Position numbers and translations under genes: made by a program. This document shows positions 1 through 12,820 of a DNA stretch of 64,000 bases, piece after piece; the first letter of the stretch is position 1; each line of letters starts with the position of its first letter. The notes below the pieces were generated by a model. The model did no database searches and was not told where the DNA came from. It saw nothing but the letters and a program-made list of their open reading frames with translations. The stretch lies in assembly GCA_964016885.1 (NCBI GenBank), contig OZ024752.1:32178001-32242000 (forward strand), read 5' to 3'. Source of the DNA: Eledone cirrhosa. Its lineage: Eukaryota.

Positions 1-254
1 GAAAATAATTTAGAGTAGTTTAAGAAAATGTTTCCGTTCAATAAAAGTTAATAGTTAAAAGAAAATGGGCGTTATTTTTGTTGCAACCTGTGTGTGAATG
101 TGTGTATGTATATATATATACGAATATGTATGTATGTACATGTGTATATATGTATGTAGGTATATATGTGTATGCGTATGTATGTATATGCGCGGGGACA
201 TAGGAATGATCGGGCTGGATACCCTGTCGCACTGTTAAACCACTGGGAGTGAAG

Positions 255-538
255 GACCCCTAGCCTTTGTCAGGGCATTCTTCTAGCAGAAGGCAACTCA
301 GGAAACTGGGATAACTCCGATATAAAACATGCGCCTCGGTGGTTACCGATGATGTTGATCTTTTCTTCTTTTCAGGTTATAGCTACTGTCGCTCAGAGAG
401 TGGGATTGGCTCTGTGCACAGTCTTTCCTCATTTAAAAATAAACCGTCATGCACAGGCATTGCACGATAGCTTTAATTGATAATTATTAATAATGTTATA
501 TCATGCAATGGCCATACTCGATAACGAGGCGGCAGCCA

Positions 539-540
<2 letters not shown>
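255..540 (+). mobile_element. Non-autonomous RTE-like LINE/SINE fragment (same family as 18780-19388)
   Basis: Shares GACCCC(T)TAGCCTTTGTCA..., GATGTTGA and the 3' end TGGCCRTACTCGA.AACGAG..GGCAGCCA with 18990-19388; ends in a (CA)n tail. Confidence 0.55.
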
Positions 541-579
<39 letters not shown>

Positions 580-633
580 ACTCTCAAGAGCGTGAAACTA
601 ATAAACCTTTGTTTGTACTGCCTCTCTGTGTAT

Positions 634-1053
634 ATATGTATAAATATTTCGTATCTCCGAAGAAATACAGTTTTAGGAAGCCGTAGCTATGCAAACACCG
701 GGGGGGGGGGGGGGGGGCTAACGCCCTCTGGTGATGTCCAGCAGAAGCAAGGGGGACAACCCTCTATGCATTTCAAGCTTAGCTGGCCTTCGTCAGGACG
801 GTCCCTCCCGCCGCTTGCGACTGCTGGACTAGAAGACAGATGAGAATATATACTTTTCTCGTCTGTGTAAATGAGGTGATTAATCTCATTTGCATATGAA
901 GCTGCATAAGTTGGCTCAACTTATAATAAAAAAGAAATAGGATTTCGCTTCAAGCATAGCTTTATACAATATGTATAAATATTTCGTATCTCCAAAGAAA
1001 TACAGATTTAGGAAGCCGTAGCTTTGCAAACACCGGTGGGGGGGGGGGGGCTA
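634..1053 (-). mobile_element. 335-bp partial tandem unit carrying a hammerhead ribozyme (retrozyme-like or Penelope pLTR-like)
   Basis: ~86-bp direct repeats at 634-720 and 969-1053 (period 335) bracket an HHR at 759-802. Confidence 0.6.
759..802 (-). ncRNA. Type I hammerhead ribozyme
   Basis: Minus strand accgtc-CTGACGA-aggc cagctaa gctt-GAAA-tgca-TA-gagggt; stem I 5/6 bp, stem II 4 bp, palindromic stem III ATGCAT; flanks 736-756 and 801-829 extend the pairing. Confidence 0.75.
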
Positions 1054-1504
1054 CTCTTAATGTAAAGGAAACGTCGAGCATATTATAACTGGAAACAGAG
1101 AAAGTATACTTTGGTGGGATTTGAACCCAGAACGCAAAACAGCCGGGATGAATAACGTAATACATTAGAATCTTTACAGTCTGCCAATCGATTGCTTTGT
1201 GTGTGTATTCATTTCAACTTTTTTAATGCGACATTATGTAACATCCTTACAGATCTGCACTTCTAAAATACCAATACGAAATTGTATAGAGCCAGCTGGC
1301 ATACAGCAAACCTGTAATTATTTCTGTGACAAAGATAACAATGGTATAAAAATAATTGACATCACAATACAGAGTGGAAGGTAGATAAAGTTAAGAAATG
1401 TCTTAAGCTGTTGAATTGAAATAATTGCAAAGTGTCCATCATTCCTTCTATTTACAAGTGAGAGGAATGGAATAATGAAAAAAGTTACATCATTAAAGAT
1501 ATGA

Positions 1505-2020
1505 AAAAATTGACGTTACGTACGTTTCGAGATACCCACCTCTCAGAAAATTGACGTTACGTAAGTTTAGAGATACCCACCTCTCAGAAAATTGACGTTA
1601 CGTAAGTTTGGAGATATCCATCTCTCAGAAAATTGACGTTACGTAAGTGAAGATACCTACCTCTCAGAAAATTGACGTTACGTAAGTTTGGAGATACCCA
1701 CCTCTCAGAAAATTGACCTTACGTAAGTGAAGATACCTACCTCTCAGAAAATTGACGTTACGTACGTTTGGAGATACCCACCTCTCAGAAAATTGACGTT
1801 GCGTACGTTTCGAGATACCCACCTCTCAGAAAATTGACGTTACGTAAGTTTAGAGATACCAACCTCTCAGAAAATTGACGTTACGTAAGTTTAGAGATAC
1901 CAACCTCTCAGAAAATTGACGTTACGTAAGTTTAGAGATACCCACCTCTCAGAAAACTGACGTTACGTAAGTTTGGAGATACCCACTTCTCAGAAAATTG
2001 ACGTTTTCGTAAGTTTGGGG
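1505..2020. repeat. 41-bp minisatellite, ~12 copies
   Basis: Unit AAAATTGACGTTACGTAAGTTTGGAGATACCCACCTCTCAG, with occasional 39-bp variants and no spacers. Confidence 0.95.
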
Positions 2021-2082
2021 ATTGTTACCTCTTTCGCGGGGCTCGTTTTCCCAACCCCCCATATTCTTTCATTCGTGTTGAC

Positions 2083-2255
2083 CAGACCTGTCAAATCTCC
2101 TACCCACTTTGGAGTCGGTGAGAGATGTCTTCTCTTGTAAAAATGGGTATAGCTTTCATTATGTAAAATCGCCCCATTTTGCCTCATTTCTTCCCGTTTT
2201 GGGACACTTTTTTCATGGTACTTCCCGTTTGGGTTTTTAGAGGTTGGCAGGTCTG
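2083..2255. mobile_element. hAT-like MITE
   Basis: TIRs CAGACCTGTCAAATCTC / GAGGTTGGCAGGTCTG; near-identical flanks tgttgac / tgttgat. Confidence 0.6.
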
Positions 2256-3045
2256 TGTTGATGGTCTATATTTAATTGAATTGACACCAGAATATTACCG
2301 GTACTTTCCTAGTTTTCTGATCTACGTAGGAATTATGAAAAACTAAGTCGATTAAAAAGCGATTTTAACTCCAAACACAAAGACAAACCTAAATCATGTA
2401 TATTAGAATATTGGAGTCAATAGTCTACTGTTTGAGTCAACCCGTTATAACTTATTTCACGGACCACAGCTAGATTTGTATCTTATATAACTCCCATCAG
2501 ATTACATTAAAATGAGGGAGTTCATGGATCATTAATTTACGTGGTTTTGTCTTTGCGTGCAATTGTTCTCCCCGCTCCACATATGACGTATTATCTTCGT
2601 TTTTTCCTTTCATTGCCAGAGAACGTCTCTATGAACCACTAATAGAATATTAGTCTACGACTTCTTTTATACCATAAACGTGGTTTTGTCTTTGCGTGTA
2701 ATTGTTTTTCATCGCTCCAAATAATGACGTATTATATTCGTTTTTTCCCGTTCTTTGCCAGGGAACGTTTCCATGAACGTCTTCCTGTCTTCCTCCGGTT
2801 GCAACGTTTTTTTGAAATATTCACTTCAGCGTTCACAGATTGACTTTGTTAGTTTCAGAAGATCCCGTTAAGGGTGAAAGCAGCGATTCTTTGCTTAAAC
2901 ATTAATCTGTTGTTTTAATAAATAAATATATATATATATATATATATGACCAAAGATTAATATGGTTCATTGTTTACTCAATGAATATAGTTTTACAATA
3001 GATTAAAAGCACTCAACAAAGAAGTTTTCTGGAGTTATTAATGTT

Positions 3046-3316
3046 TTTCAGAATATTAATAAATGAAGACATTCACATAATCAAAATATATGTTTTATTA
3101 TATATATTTCGAAGGTACTGTGCTGTTTTTTCAGTACTGGAATTGACTGCTAATACTTGAATTGAACCATCAAGACCGTTGAGGTATGTCATACATCAAT
3201 TCATGTATTTTATCTGACGAGGATGTACTGAAAAAACGGCACAGTACCTTTGAAATATATATAATAAAACATATATTTTGTTTATGTGAATGTCTTCATT
3301 TATTAATATTCTGAAT
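3046..3316. repeat. Fold-back inverted repeat (~90-bp arms) containing an HHR
   Basis: 3047-3138 is the reverse complement of 3223-3316; followed by (TA)n. Confidence 0.85.
3208..3269 (+). ncRNA. Minimal type I hammerhead ribozyme
   Basis: ttttat-CTGACGA-(gtactg..cagtac stem II)-GAAA-tatata-TA-ataaaa; 6-bp stem I, palindromic minimal stem III. Confidence 0.7.
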
Positions 3317-3344
3317 AATATATATATATATATATATATATAAA

Positions 3345-3542
3345 ACGAAGGAAATGTGGCAAGGAACCAGGTGGACCATAACGCACAAAAGTACTCAATA
3401 CTTAGGGTAGTAGAGTGGGTAATAGGAACAAGTAGGACCCCGACGGCTGAGCTCAAGCCGTTTCGACGGCTAATTCCCGACGGCTAATTCCAGAATTAGC
3501 CGTCGAAACGGCTTGAGCTCAGCCGTCGGGGTCCTACTCGTT

Positions 3543-3546
<4 letters not shown>
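3345..3546 (-). mobile_element. Penelope-like pLTR remnant, family 'GUC' (half-hammerhead with snap-back); other copies at 12618-12820, 19430-19580, 26303-26445, 53266-53457, 61422-61635
   Basis: Conserved GAAACGGC..GCCGTC^GGGGTC followed by the tail ATTACCCACTCTACTACCCTAAGTATTGAGTAC...CCACA; flanked by (TA)n on both sides. Confidence 0.65.
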
Positions 3547-3577
<31 letters not shown>

Positions 3578-4213
3578 AGAGATATACTTTAACTTTAATT
3601 ATATCTCATAAAATAATACAACTGGTTTTTCCACATTATACATATTGTTAGCACCCCAAACACTTAAATTGGGTTTATATTTTAATATAACCTAATGTTT
3701 TTTGAGTGAGATGGTTACCAGTTAGAGTTTAGCTTTAAACTATCTCTGTTATTGTATTAAATATATATATATATATATATATAATTATAAATTTGGATAA
3801 ATTTTGTCTGACTATTCTTCAATCTTTTTCTCTTTAGTCTGTAGAAAAGCAGATAAATAGTCATTTAAACGGAGCTAAGTTTAAAATGTAACTTTGAAGA
3901 AATAACAGATACATGTTATCGATATTCCTCTATGAGGAACAGACAGATGAAATTTATCTAGTTTTATATATATTTATATAATATATATAAATATTATATG
4001 TATTTATATTATATTCATACGAAAAGCGCTACCTAAGGTTTCAAGGCCCAATATTGATATCCCCAGAATATAATATATCAGCCCTCATTCCTGATTGAAC
4101 ACTGATCTCCTTTTTCACACCTACAGATATGTTCTCTCTCTCTCTCTTTCACTCTCTCTCCCCCTCTCTCTCTCTCTCTCTCTCTCTCACATACATATAT
4201 ACACATATCTATA

Positions 4214-4273
4214 TTGGGTCGTCAAGTATGAAATTTGTAGAAATTTGTACAAATTTCATACTTGACGGCCCAA
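4214..4273. mobile_element. Tiny mariner-like MITE (copies at 31909-31978 and 44626-44706)
   Basis: TIR TTGGGTCGTCAAGTATGAAATTTGTA; TA flanks; three dispersed copies of 60-80 bp. Confidence 0.7.
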
Positions 4274-4282
4274 TGTATATAT

Positions 4283-4670
4283 AATTGTTTCTACTTTTGG
4301 CACAAGACCACCAATTACCTCAGTACATTACTGGTACTTTATTTTATCGACCCCGTAAGGATGAAAGGCAAAGTCAACCTCGGCGGGATTTGAACTCAGA
4401 TCGTAAAGGGACGTAACTATGCTGGAAAGCATGGCGTCCGACCCTCCACCGATACTGCCAATCCACCGCCTTTGTATATATATATAATTGTTTCTACTTT
4501 AGGCACAAGGCCAGCAATTACCCAGTGCATTACTGGTACTTTATTTTATCGACCCCGTAAGGATGAAAGGCAAAGTCAACCTCGGCGGGATTTGAACTCA
4601 GATCGTAAAGGGACGTAACTATGCTGGAAAGCATGGCGTCAGACCCTCTACCGATACTGCCAATCCACCA
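4283..4670 (-). mobile_element. Two tandem copies of tRNA-derived SINE family A (Meta-SINE-like central domain)
   Basis: Reverse complement of GGCGGTGGATTGGCAGTATCGGTAGA..GAGTTCAAATCCC..GCCTTTCATCCTTACGGGGTCGATAAAATAAAGTACCAG..GAAACAATTAT. Confidence 0.85.
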
Positions 4671-4798
<128 letters not shown>

Positions 4799-5217
4799 AG
4801 AAAACCGAGTGATAGATAGAAAGTGTGTTTATATGAACGAGGAAGAGAGAGATGTTGAATTTACATGTGGTTATATTTATTCTACTAAGAAGAATTAATA
4901 TTATCGATCTGCGAAAAGATGAGCACGACACGTCTGCCCTAGTATTCACCTCCGGTATTTATAAAGTTTTTTTGTTTTTTTTGGCTTCTACTCTTAAACA
5001 ATCTTTTAAGTAAGTTTGAAATGACCAAACATTTTCAAGTGATAGTTAATCTTTCCTTTGGAGATTAAAGACTTCAGTAGTGCTACGGAATGATGTTCTA
5101 GGTTTATCCATCTTCTATCTTTTATTTCACTCTCATTTTTGGTTCGAATCTTTAAGCATCGAACAAGAAATACATCAATCATAGTTTTTGTTTTGTTTTG
5201 TTTTGTGTTTTCCTTGT

Positions 5218-5256
<39 letters not shown>

Positions 5257-5493
5257 TTATTATTTTATTTTTTTCATCACTATAACACACATTACACTTT
5301 GAGCTTTTAATATCAACCGTTTCTCAAAATGCATTTTGGTTATATTAAATTCTAGCGCTTTGATGAAAATAGATATTCCTTCACATTAAGAATATTAAGA
5401 AAAGTTATAATGCAACACCTATTCAGCTATTGCCTCGGGGAAAATCTTTTCAAAATAATAGACTGGCTGACTTAACATATCGACTGAATAGTT

Positions 5494-5583
<90 letters not shown>

Positions 5584-5650
5584 TGAGAGAGAGAGAGATT
5601 CATTCTACGATATATATATATATATATAAATCAAAATTTCTATACAAATG

Positions 5651-5694
<44 letters not shown>

Positions 5695-5929
5695 AAAAGC
5701 ATATGTATAGAAATTTTGATTTACAATCGTGTATAAAAATTTACGCAAAAATTAATGTTAATACTTAACAATATACATACATGTTTATATTGTGTTGTGT
5801 GGTTTTTGTTCCTTCATAAACCACATATAGTAGAAGTATTTGTTGAGTCTTCAATGAAAGGTTTTACCCTGGGGTCAGTTTTAAAATGTGTGGGTTAATA
5901 GTTGTAGGTTTTGTTTCTAAGGCCATGCG

Positions 5930-6662
5930 CATACACACACACACATGTTCGTACACACACGTACATGCACTGACATATAGCCAGTCACTTCGTCCCTATC
6001 TCCTCCTACACATACATGTACGCATACACACACACAGACACACGAACACACATACACATAGTTTATTTCTCCCTCTCTCCTCTCGCACTCACAAACATAC
6101 GTAAACAAACGCATATGCACAGGCACACCCACAATCACCTACACACGCACACAGAGACACTCTCTTTCTCCCTCTCTCCTCACACACACATTTATAAACC
6201 CACTCACAAACGCAGACATACACAGGCGTACACAGGCACAGACATAGACATACATACACACACACACATGCACACACACACACATACACACACAGGCATG
6301 TACAGGCATATTACAGGCATACACTGATATACACAGACGCACGCTGTCACACACTGATACACACAGATACACACAGACATACACACATACACACACACAC
6401 ACATACACACATACACACAGACACACACGGGCATGTACAGGCATATACAGGCATACACTGATATACACAGACACACGCTGTCACACACTGATACACACAA
6501 ATACACACAGACATACACATAAACATACACACACACATACACACATACACACACACACAGACACACACAGGCATGTACAGGCATATACAGGCATACACTG
6601 ATATACACAGACACACACTGTCACACACTGATACACACAGATACACACAGACATACACACAG

Positions 6663-6709
<47 letters not shown>

Positions 6710-7575
6710 CATGTACAGGCATATACAGGCATACACTGATATACACAGACACACACTGTCACACACTGATACACACAGATACACACAGACATACACACAG
6801 ACATACACACACACACACACAGATTCACACAGACATACGGAGACTTACACAGATACACACCAACACACACAGACATACAGACATACAGAGACTTACACAG
6901 ATACACACACACACACACACACCGACACACCCAGACACACCCAGACACACCCACACACACCCACACACACCCAGACACACCCAGACACACCCAGACACAC
7001 CGAGACACACACACCGACACACCCAGACACACCCAGACACACCCACACACACCGAGACACACGCCGACACACCCAGACACACACACACACACACCGACAC
7101 ACCCAGACACACCCAGACATACACAGATACACCCACACACACACCGACACACCCAGACACACCCAGATACACACACACACACACCGACACACCCAGACAC
7201 ACCCAGATACACACACACACCGACACGCCCAGACACACCCAGACACACACAGACACACCCAGATACACACACACACACACACCGACACACCCAGACACAC
7301 CCAGATACACACACACACACACACCGACACACCCAGACACACCCAGATACACACACACACACACACCGACACACCCAGACACACCCAGTCACACCCAGAC
7401 ACACCCAGACACACCCAGACACACCCAGATACACACACTCACACACCGACACACCCAGACACACCCAGACACACCCAGACACACCCAGATACACACACAC
7501 ACACACACCGACACACCCAGACACACCCAGTCACACCCAGACACACCCAGAGACACCCAGACATACACAGATACA
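5930..7575. repeat. CA-rich compound micro/minisatellite
   Basis: (CA)n-derived units such as CACACCCAGA and GGCATGTACAGGCATATACAGG; source of the HT/CV ORFs. Confidence 0.9.
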
Positions 7576-8019
7576 ATCCCACATTTTTACTGATCTAAAA
7601 ACATTAACAATACTTTGTAAGTAAAATCGGGCCGACGGAAAATCAGGTCACCAGAAACAAAAGAGTTTTCTTACTCAGAGGTTGTAACCGATAGATAATA
7701 TCAGCAAAGGAACCACCTCTGGAAACATTGTTTCCTTGATCCGATTTGACAAGTTCCACCCCACTCGGTAAACGAATGAGATCTGGGATCTTGTCGATCG
7801 AACTCTATGCTGTGTAGTATAAAACAATCAACTCAAATTTTATTTCACTGGACCGAGACCTTTGGCGGTACTCAGTAACAGAGAAGACCTGCCTTACCTA
7901 AATACATAGTAAAACCTACTACAGCCAGTAGGCATCTCTAACAAAATACCCACCACCCCTACCCCATCCACACCACCCCGTTCTATGTAAAGTTATGTTG
8001 GTGCCACACCATCCAGGCC

Positions 8020-8280
8020 GAAACAAATGAGATCGTGTAGGTGTCACGACAAAAAAACACACAGTCCACGCTGTAATGTGGCCGTGTAGGCAACACGGTA
8101 AAAACCTCCCAGACCCACACTGTAAATGTGGTTGGTGTTAGGAAGGGCATCCAACTGTAGAAAACCTGCCAGACAGTCCTATGCGAGCAAGACAATCACT
8201 CTTGCCTCAAGTGGGACTACCCCCGTCCAAACCCATGCAAGCGTGGAACACGGACGTTAAACGTTGATGATGATGATGAT
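8020..8280 (+). mobile_element. SINE 3' portion with RTE-like tail (second copy 38415-38720)
   Basis: GGTTGGTGTTAGGAAGGGCATCCA.CTGTAGAAA ... AACCCATGC..CGTG..A..GGACGT.AAACG(ATG)n shared by both copies. Confidence 0.65.
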
Positions 8281-9857
8281 ATACTGTAAAGTTGGTAAAA
8301 ATCTGATGCAGCATAAATGACTTAGGTTTATGACATTATTTTGAAAGTAACTGGTTTGTTTCTAGCCGGGATTAAATAACTAAATATTTTGAAAGAGCAG
8401 AATTCTGATTGATTTTAAAGGATTTTAAAGGAGTTATAACTATATTGTAAGGAAGTGTTTATATTACACCTGCACGCTTCAGAATGAAAGAGCCGAAGCC
8501 ATAGCATTTATTAGCTCCCTAAGGTGCAATGATTACAAGTTCAACAATAAACATTACTATTCCATGTGTAACAGAAGCGTTAACAGAAATAGATCTTAAA
8601 GAAAAGCAGAGTGTAATATTTGGAGTGATATAGAGAAATACACACTTATAGAGAATTAGAAAACATTCACGACACAGATTTAGATAATTATAGTTCAGTA
8701 AATATATCCGAAGAGATAGAAAATGTAATTAGTATTGGTAGACATATCCAGAAAACTGAGAAGATCGAAGGAGGATTGAACGAAGAAATAATTTCGTTTA
8801 GTTAAGAAGAAAAACCCACCAGTTTGTAACATTGTACATGATGCCAAGTTGTCATAGCTGTAGAATTGGTTTTGGAAGTAAAATGAAATAAATACAAAAA
8901 TAAGAATGTAAAAATATAAAACTATAATGAAAGTTTTAAAGAAAATTCCGAAATTGCTAGAAAGCTTCCATTTGAATTCATGAAAACTTCTGAGGATTCC
9001 ACATAAGCGACAAATTTCTATCATCCAAGAATAAATTCGCGCTCATAAATACATTATGCATATTCATAGCATATTTCCTGTCTAAGAACCTGTTTCAGGA
9101 AAGCTGCAATGTTTTATTATCAGATTATTTCAAACGTAAGATATTTTCAGTTCTAGTTATTTATAGGACACTCTAGTAAAATGTACTGTTATAACAACTA
9201 GGTATAGAACTTCTCTAAATATGCATGAGTTTAATAAAAGCTGTTTACTGGCTTGTACTTTCTGCTAGGAGGTATTCTCCAATATCTTTAATCGTGGGGG
9301 GGGGGGGGAACTACTGAGAAGTATTGAAAGCAATAAAGTGAAACAAGGGTAAGTATACAGGGATTGAGGTTGGGTGGAGGTTCTCTTTGTTTTTCCAGAT
9401 TGTGGATCGGGTTTAGATCAGTGTTTGAAATTTAAAAAAAAAATGTATATATATATATGTATTTTATTCCTACCAATCCTATCAATATTTTTCAGTAACT
9501 CCCTATATACTCACTCCCACTCTCACCACTAACTCCTTCATTATTAAGTTAATGTTTGGAACATATTTAAACTGAAATAAGCTTAGTCAAACAGTTCTCC
9601 TACAAATGACATTTTCAAGTTGTGTCGTCTTATGGAACCCATTTACAACTCGTTGTAAAGGGTCGTTGGGAATTAAATAAATTTCTACGGAAGAAATGTG
9701 GCTCCTTTGAATGAAAACTAAATGGGACCCTTCAGAAAACAGATAGTCCCTTACTTTACCGACTTCATCAGTAGCGACTATAAGAAAATCAATGATATTC
9801 TGTTTCAATTAAAAATTAAAATAGACAGTGTTGGTTTTTATTATCTCATCTTTAGAT

Positions 9858-10455
9858 GCCGGTCAATTGGCAGTATCGGTAGAGAGTCGGACGCCATGCT
9901 TTGCAGCGTAGAGTTACGGCCCTTTATGAACTGAGTTCAAATCCCACTGAGGTTAACTTTGCCTTTCATCCTTACGGGGGTCGATAAAATAAAGTACCAG
10001 TCACGCTCTGGGGTCGATTTAATCGACTTTCCCCTCACCCAAAATGGCGGGCCTTGTGCCTATATAAGAAACCATTATCTCATCTTTAGAGGAGTTTAAA
10101 TCCTGCCACGGTCAGCTTTGCCTTTCATCCATCAGAGGTCAATAAAATAAAATACCAGTGAAGTACTGGAGTCTATTTTAATCGTCTTCCCTATGCACTC
10201 AAATCGCTGGCCTTATGCCAACATTATGAACCATTATCTCAGCTTTACATTCTTATGTTCTTATTATTTTCCATTGCCAGTATCGGTAGAGGGTCGGGCG
10301 CCATGCTTTGAAGCATAGAGTTACCTCCCTTTATGATCTGAGTTCAAATCCCGCTGAGGTTAACTTTGCCTTTCATCCTTACGGGGTCGATAAAATAAAG
10401 TACCTGTAATGCACTGGGTAATTGCTAGCCTTGGGCCAAAAGTAGAAACAATTAT
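9858..10455 (+). mobile_element. Cluster of three SINE family A copies
   Basis: Three GCCTTTCATCC..GTCRATAAAATAAA.TACC domains. Confidence 0.85.
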
Positions 10456-10652
10456 TTTCCATTTTAATACGAAGTGGTTGATATATCTCCTTAGTAATTG
10501 GAGTTATGTTGTTTCTGTAATGTCTTCAATATCTTGGATGAAGCTATGCTGTCAAATGTATATCAGCAATCAATCCATGCTGTGTTGAGATTATATGATT
10601 TATTTTGTCTTTAACAACTATTAGATATACAAATATTTATTCTATACGTGAC

Positions 10653-10895
10653 GACGAGTGACTTAGTGGTTAGAGAATTGGATTCGCAATCGTGAGGTTG
10701 TGAGTTCGATTCACACCAAGGAAATAATGTTTCCATTGGTTTTTCCATTACTGATACTGTCTACCGGTCACAAATCCTGGCACAAAGAGCAACGTGAAAT
10801 AAATTCTCTTGCTCGAGGACATAACGCATCACCCGGTCCTGGAATCGAACTAGCAACATCACGATTGCGAATCTAAGTCTTTAACCACTAAGCTA
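10653..10895. mobile_element. Two convergent SINE family B (CORE-SINE-like) heads
   Basis: tRNA-like A/B boxes TTAGTGGTTAGAG..GTTCGATTC on + (10653-10715) and on - (10780-10895). Confidence 0.6.
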
Positions 10896-11869
10896 CAATA
10901 GACTATAAGAAGGCTGCAGAATATTTCCAGAACATTGATCCTAAAATCATTTATTGAGTTCGCTTAATTGGGAAAGTCATAGCTTCAGTTTTCTCACATT
11001 CCGGAACAGATTTAGATTCAGTGTTATAAAAGTCTACTACTTTAAAGTTGAATGAGGAAAACAAAAACAAAAAACAACAGGAAATACAATTCTGTAAAGA
11101 AAGTAGAACCCAAACCATAGCAAACTTCACTGTTTAGTAGTCAATGGAAGTGTATTAATTAATTGATGTTCGATGGGGGGGGGGGGGCTAATTAATGAAA
11201 GGTTGTGGTGGCAAGGTAGCAATTTTAAAAAAATGAAAGCTGTGATTAGTGAAGGGAAATTTGATCTCAATTTTTTTTTTTTTTTCCCAAACATTTTACT
11301 TTTCAATTAACACGCATTCATTGCTTTTAATATAAATCTGACTCAAAATCTCATGCGGTTTCAAATGGGATTGATGTTTTTAAAACGAGGAGAGGTAAGG
11401 GTGTTGTAGATCTTTGAACGAAGATTGGTTGGCAGAGAAGATGAACATATTGCATGCAGCTTGTGAGAGGAAAGTGAGGGCATATAGTGTAAGAATAAAA
11501 ATAAAAATAAATATAAAAGAATAATTAGGAAATCGAGGGAGAGAATTATTGGCGGGTATAGGAAGTAATTACAATTAAAAGAACACACGAGATTGCATGT
11601 AAGGAGGGGTGAATGAATATAGAAAGGCAAGGAGATGGTGAGGTTAATTTAAACAATTTATTTTTTTTAGTTATTAAAGAGAAAATAAGAGAACGTGAAC
11701 TATAACGGAGTGGCAGTAAAGGTGGAAAGAATGTAGAAATGGATGGGGAAAAATACATAGCAAAAGCAACAACAAAAAGAAATTTCATAGTTCGTGGATG
11801 TTTATAATAGCGAAGATGGAAACGAACAGAAATTAAAGATTATTTGTGATAATGAATTGCGAAAAGAGC

Positions 11870-12115
11870 AAGAAAGATAGATGAAAAGAAGAAAGATAGA
11901 TAATAAAAAAAAACAAGACAGACAAATGAAAAAGAAAGATAGATGAAAAAGAAGAAAGATAGATGAAAAAGAAGAAAGATAGATGAAAAAGAAGAAAGAT
12001 AGATTTAAAAAAACAAGAAAGATAGATGAAAAAACAAGTCAGATAAATGAAAAAGAAGAAAGGTAGATGAAAAACCAAGAATGATAGATGAAAAAGAAGA
12101 TAGATAGATGAAAAT
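11870..12115. repeat. ~20-bp purine-rich minisatellite
   Basis: Unit GAAAAAGAAGAAAGATAGAT. Confidence 0.8.
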
Positions 12116-12461
12116 TAGAATATGGAAAACAAAATAAAAGAAAAATAGCATTGGTGAAATAATAGAATAAATAAATAAATCACATTTAGAATAATGCAAA
12201 AGTTAGTTTTCATCGGGGAATCTATTAATAAAATATTCAATTTTAGGTTTTCAGCAGACGGATTATTGTAACCAATGCCATGGTAACAAAACCATCAATA
12301 TCTATAGACAGGGCCTCACCACTTTACTCACACCACTTCCTCATTATTCTTTCATATTCCATTATTCTTTCATATTCCACCACAGTTTTTTTTTTTTCCT
12401 ACACTCTATTCTCTCTAATCATATATATATATATGTGTGTGTACACACACACACACACACA

Positions 12462-12492
<31 letters not shown>

Positions 12493-12617
12493 CAAATATA
12501 TATATATATATATACATACATATACATGTATATAAATATATATATATATATTATATTTATATATACACATGTATATAAGTATATATATTATATTTATATA
12601 TATATATATATATATAT

Positions 12618-12820
12618 AACGAAGGAATTGTGGTAAGGAACCAGATGGACCATAACGCACCAGAGTACTCAATACTTAGGGTAGTAGTGTGGGTAATAGG
12701 AAAAAGTATGACCCCGACGCCAGAGCTCAAGCCCTTTCGGCGGCTATTTCTGGACTTCAGAGTCCATAAATAGCCGTCGAAACTGCTTGAGCTCTGCCGT
12801 CGGGGTCATACTTTTTCCTA
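12618..12820 (-). mobile_element. Family 'GUC' pLTR remnant with fold-back
   Basis: Near-identical to 53266-53457; hairpin 12696-12820; (TA)n flanks. Confidence 0.7.

Noticed and set aside
1505-2020. CRISPR-like array (41-bp repeats)
   Set aside because: No unique spacers, no cas genes, eukaryotic context; a plain minisatellite.
2538-2780. ~100-bp direct duplication (also the ~64-bp tandem at 51399-51525 and ~35-bp repeats at 20214/20532)
   Set aside because: Local duplications with no convincing ribozyme, TIR or coding signal.
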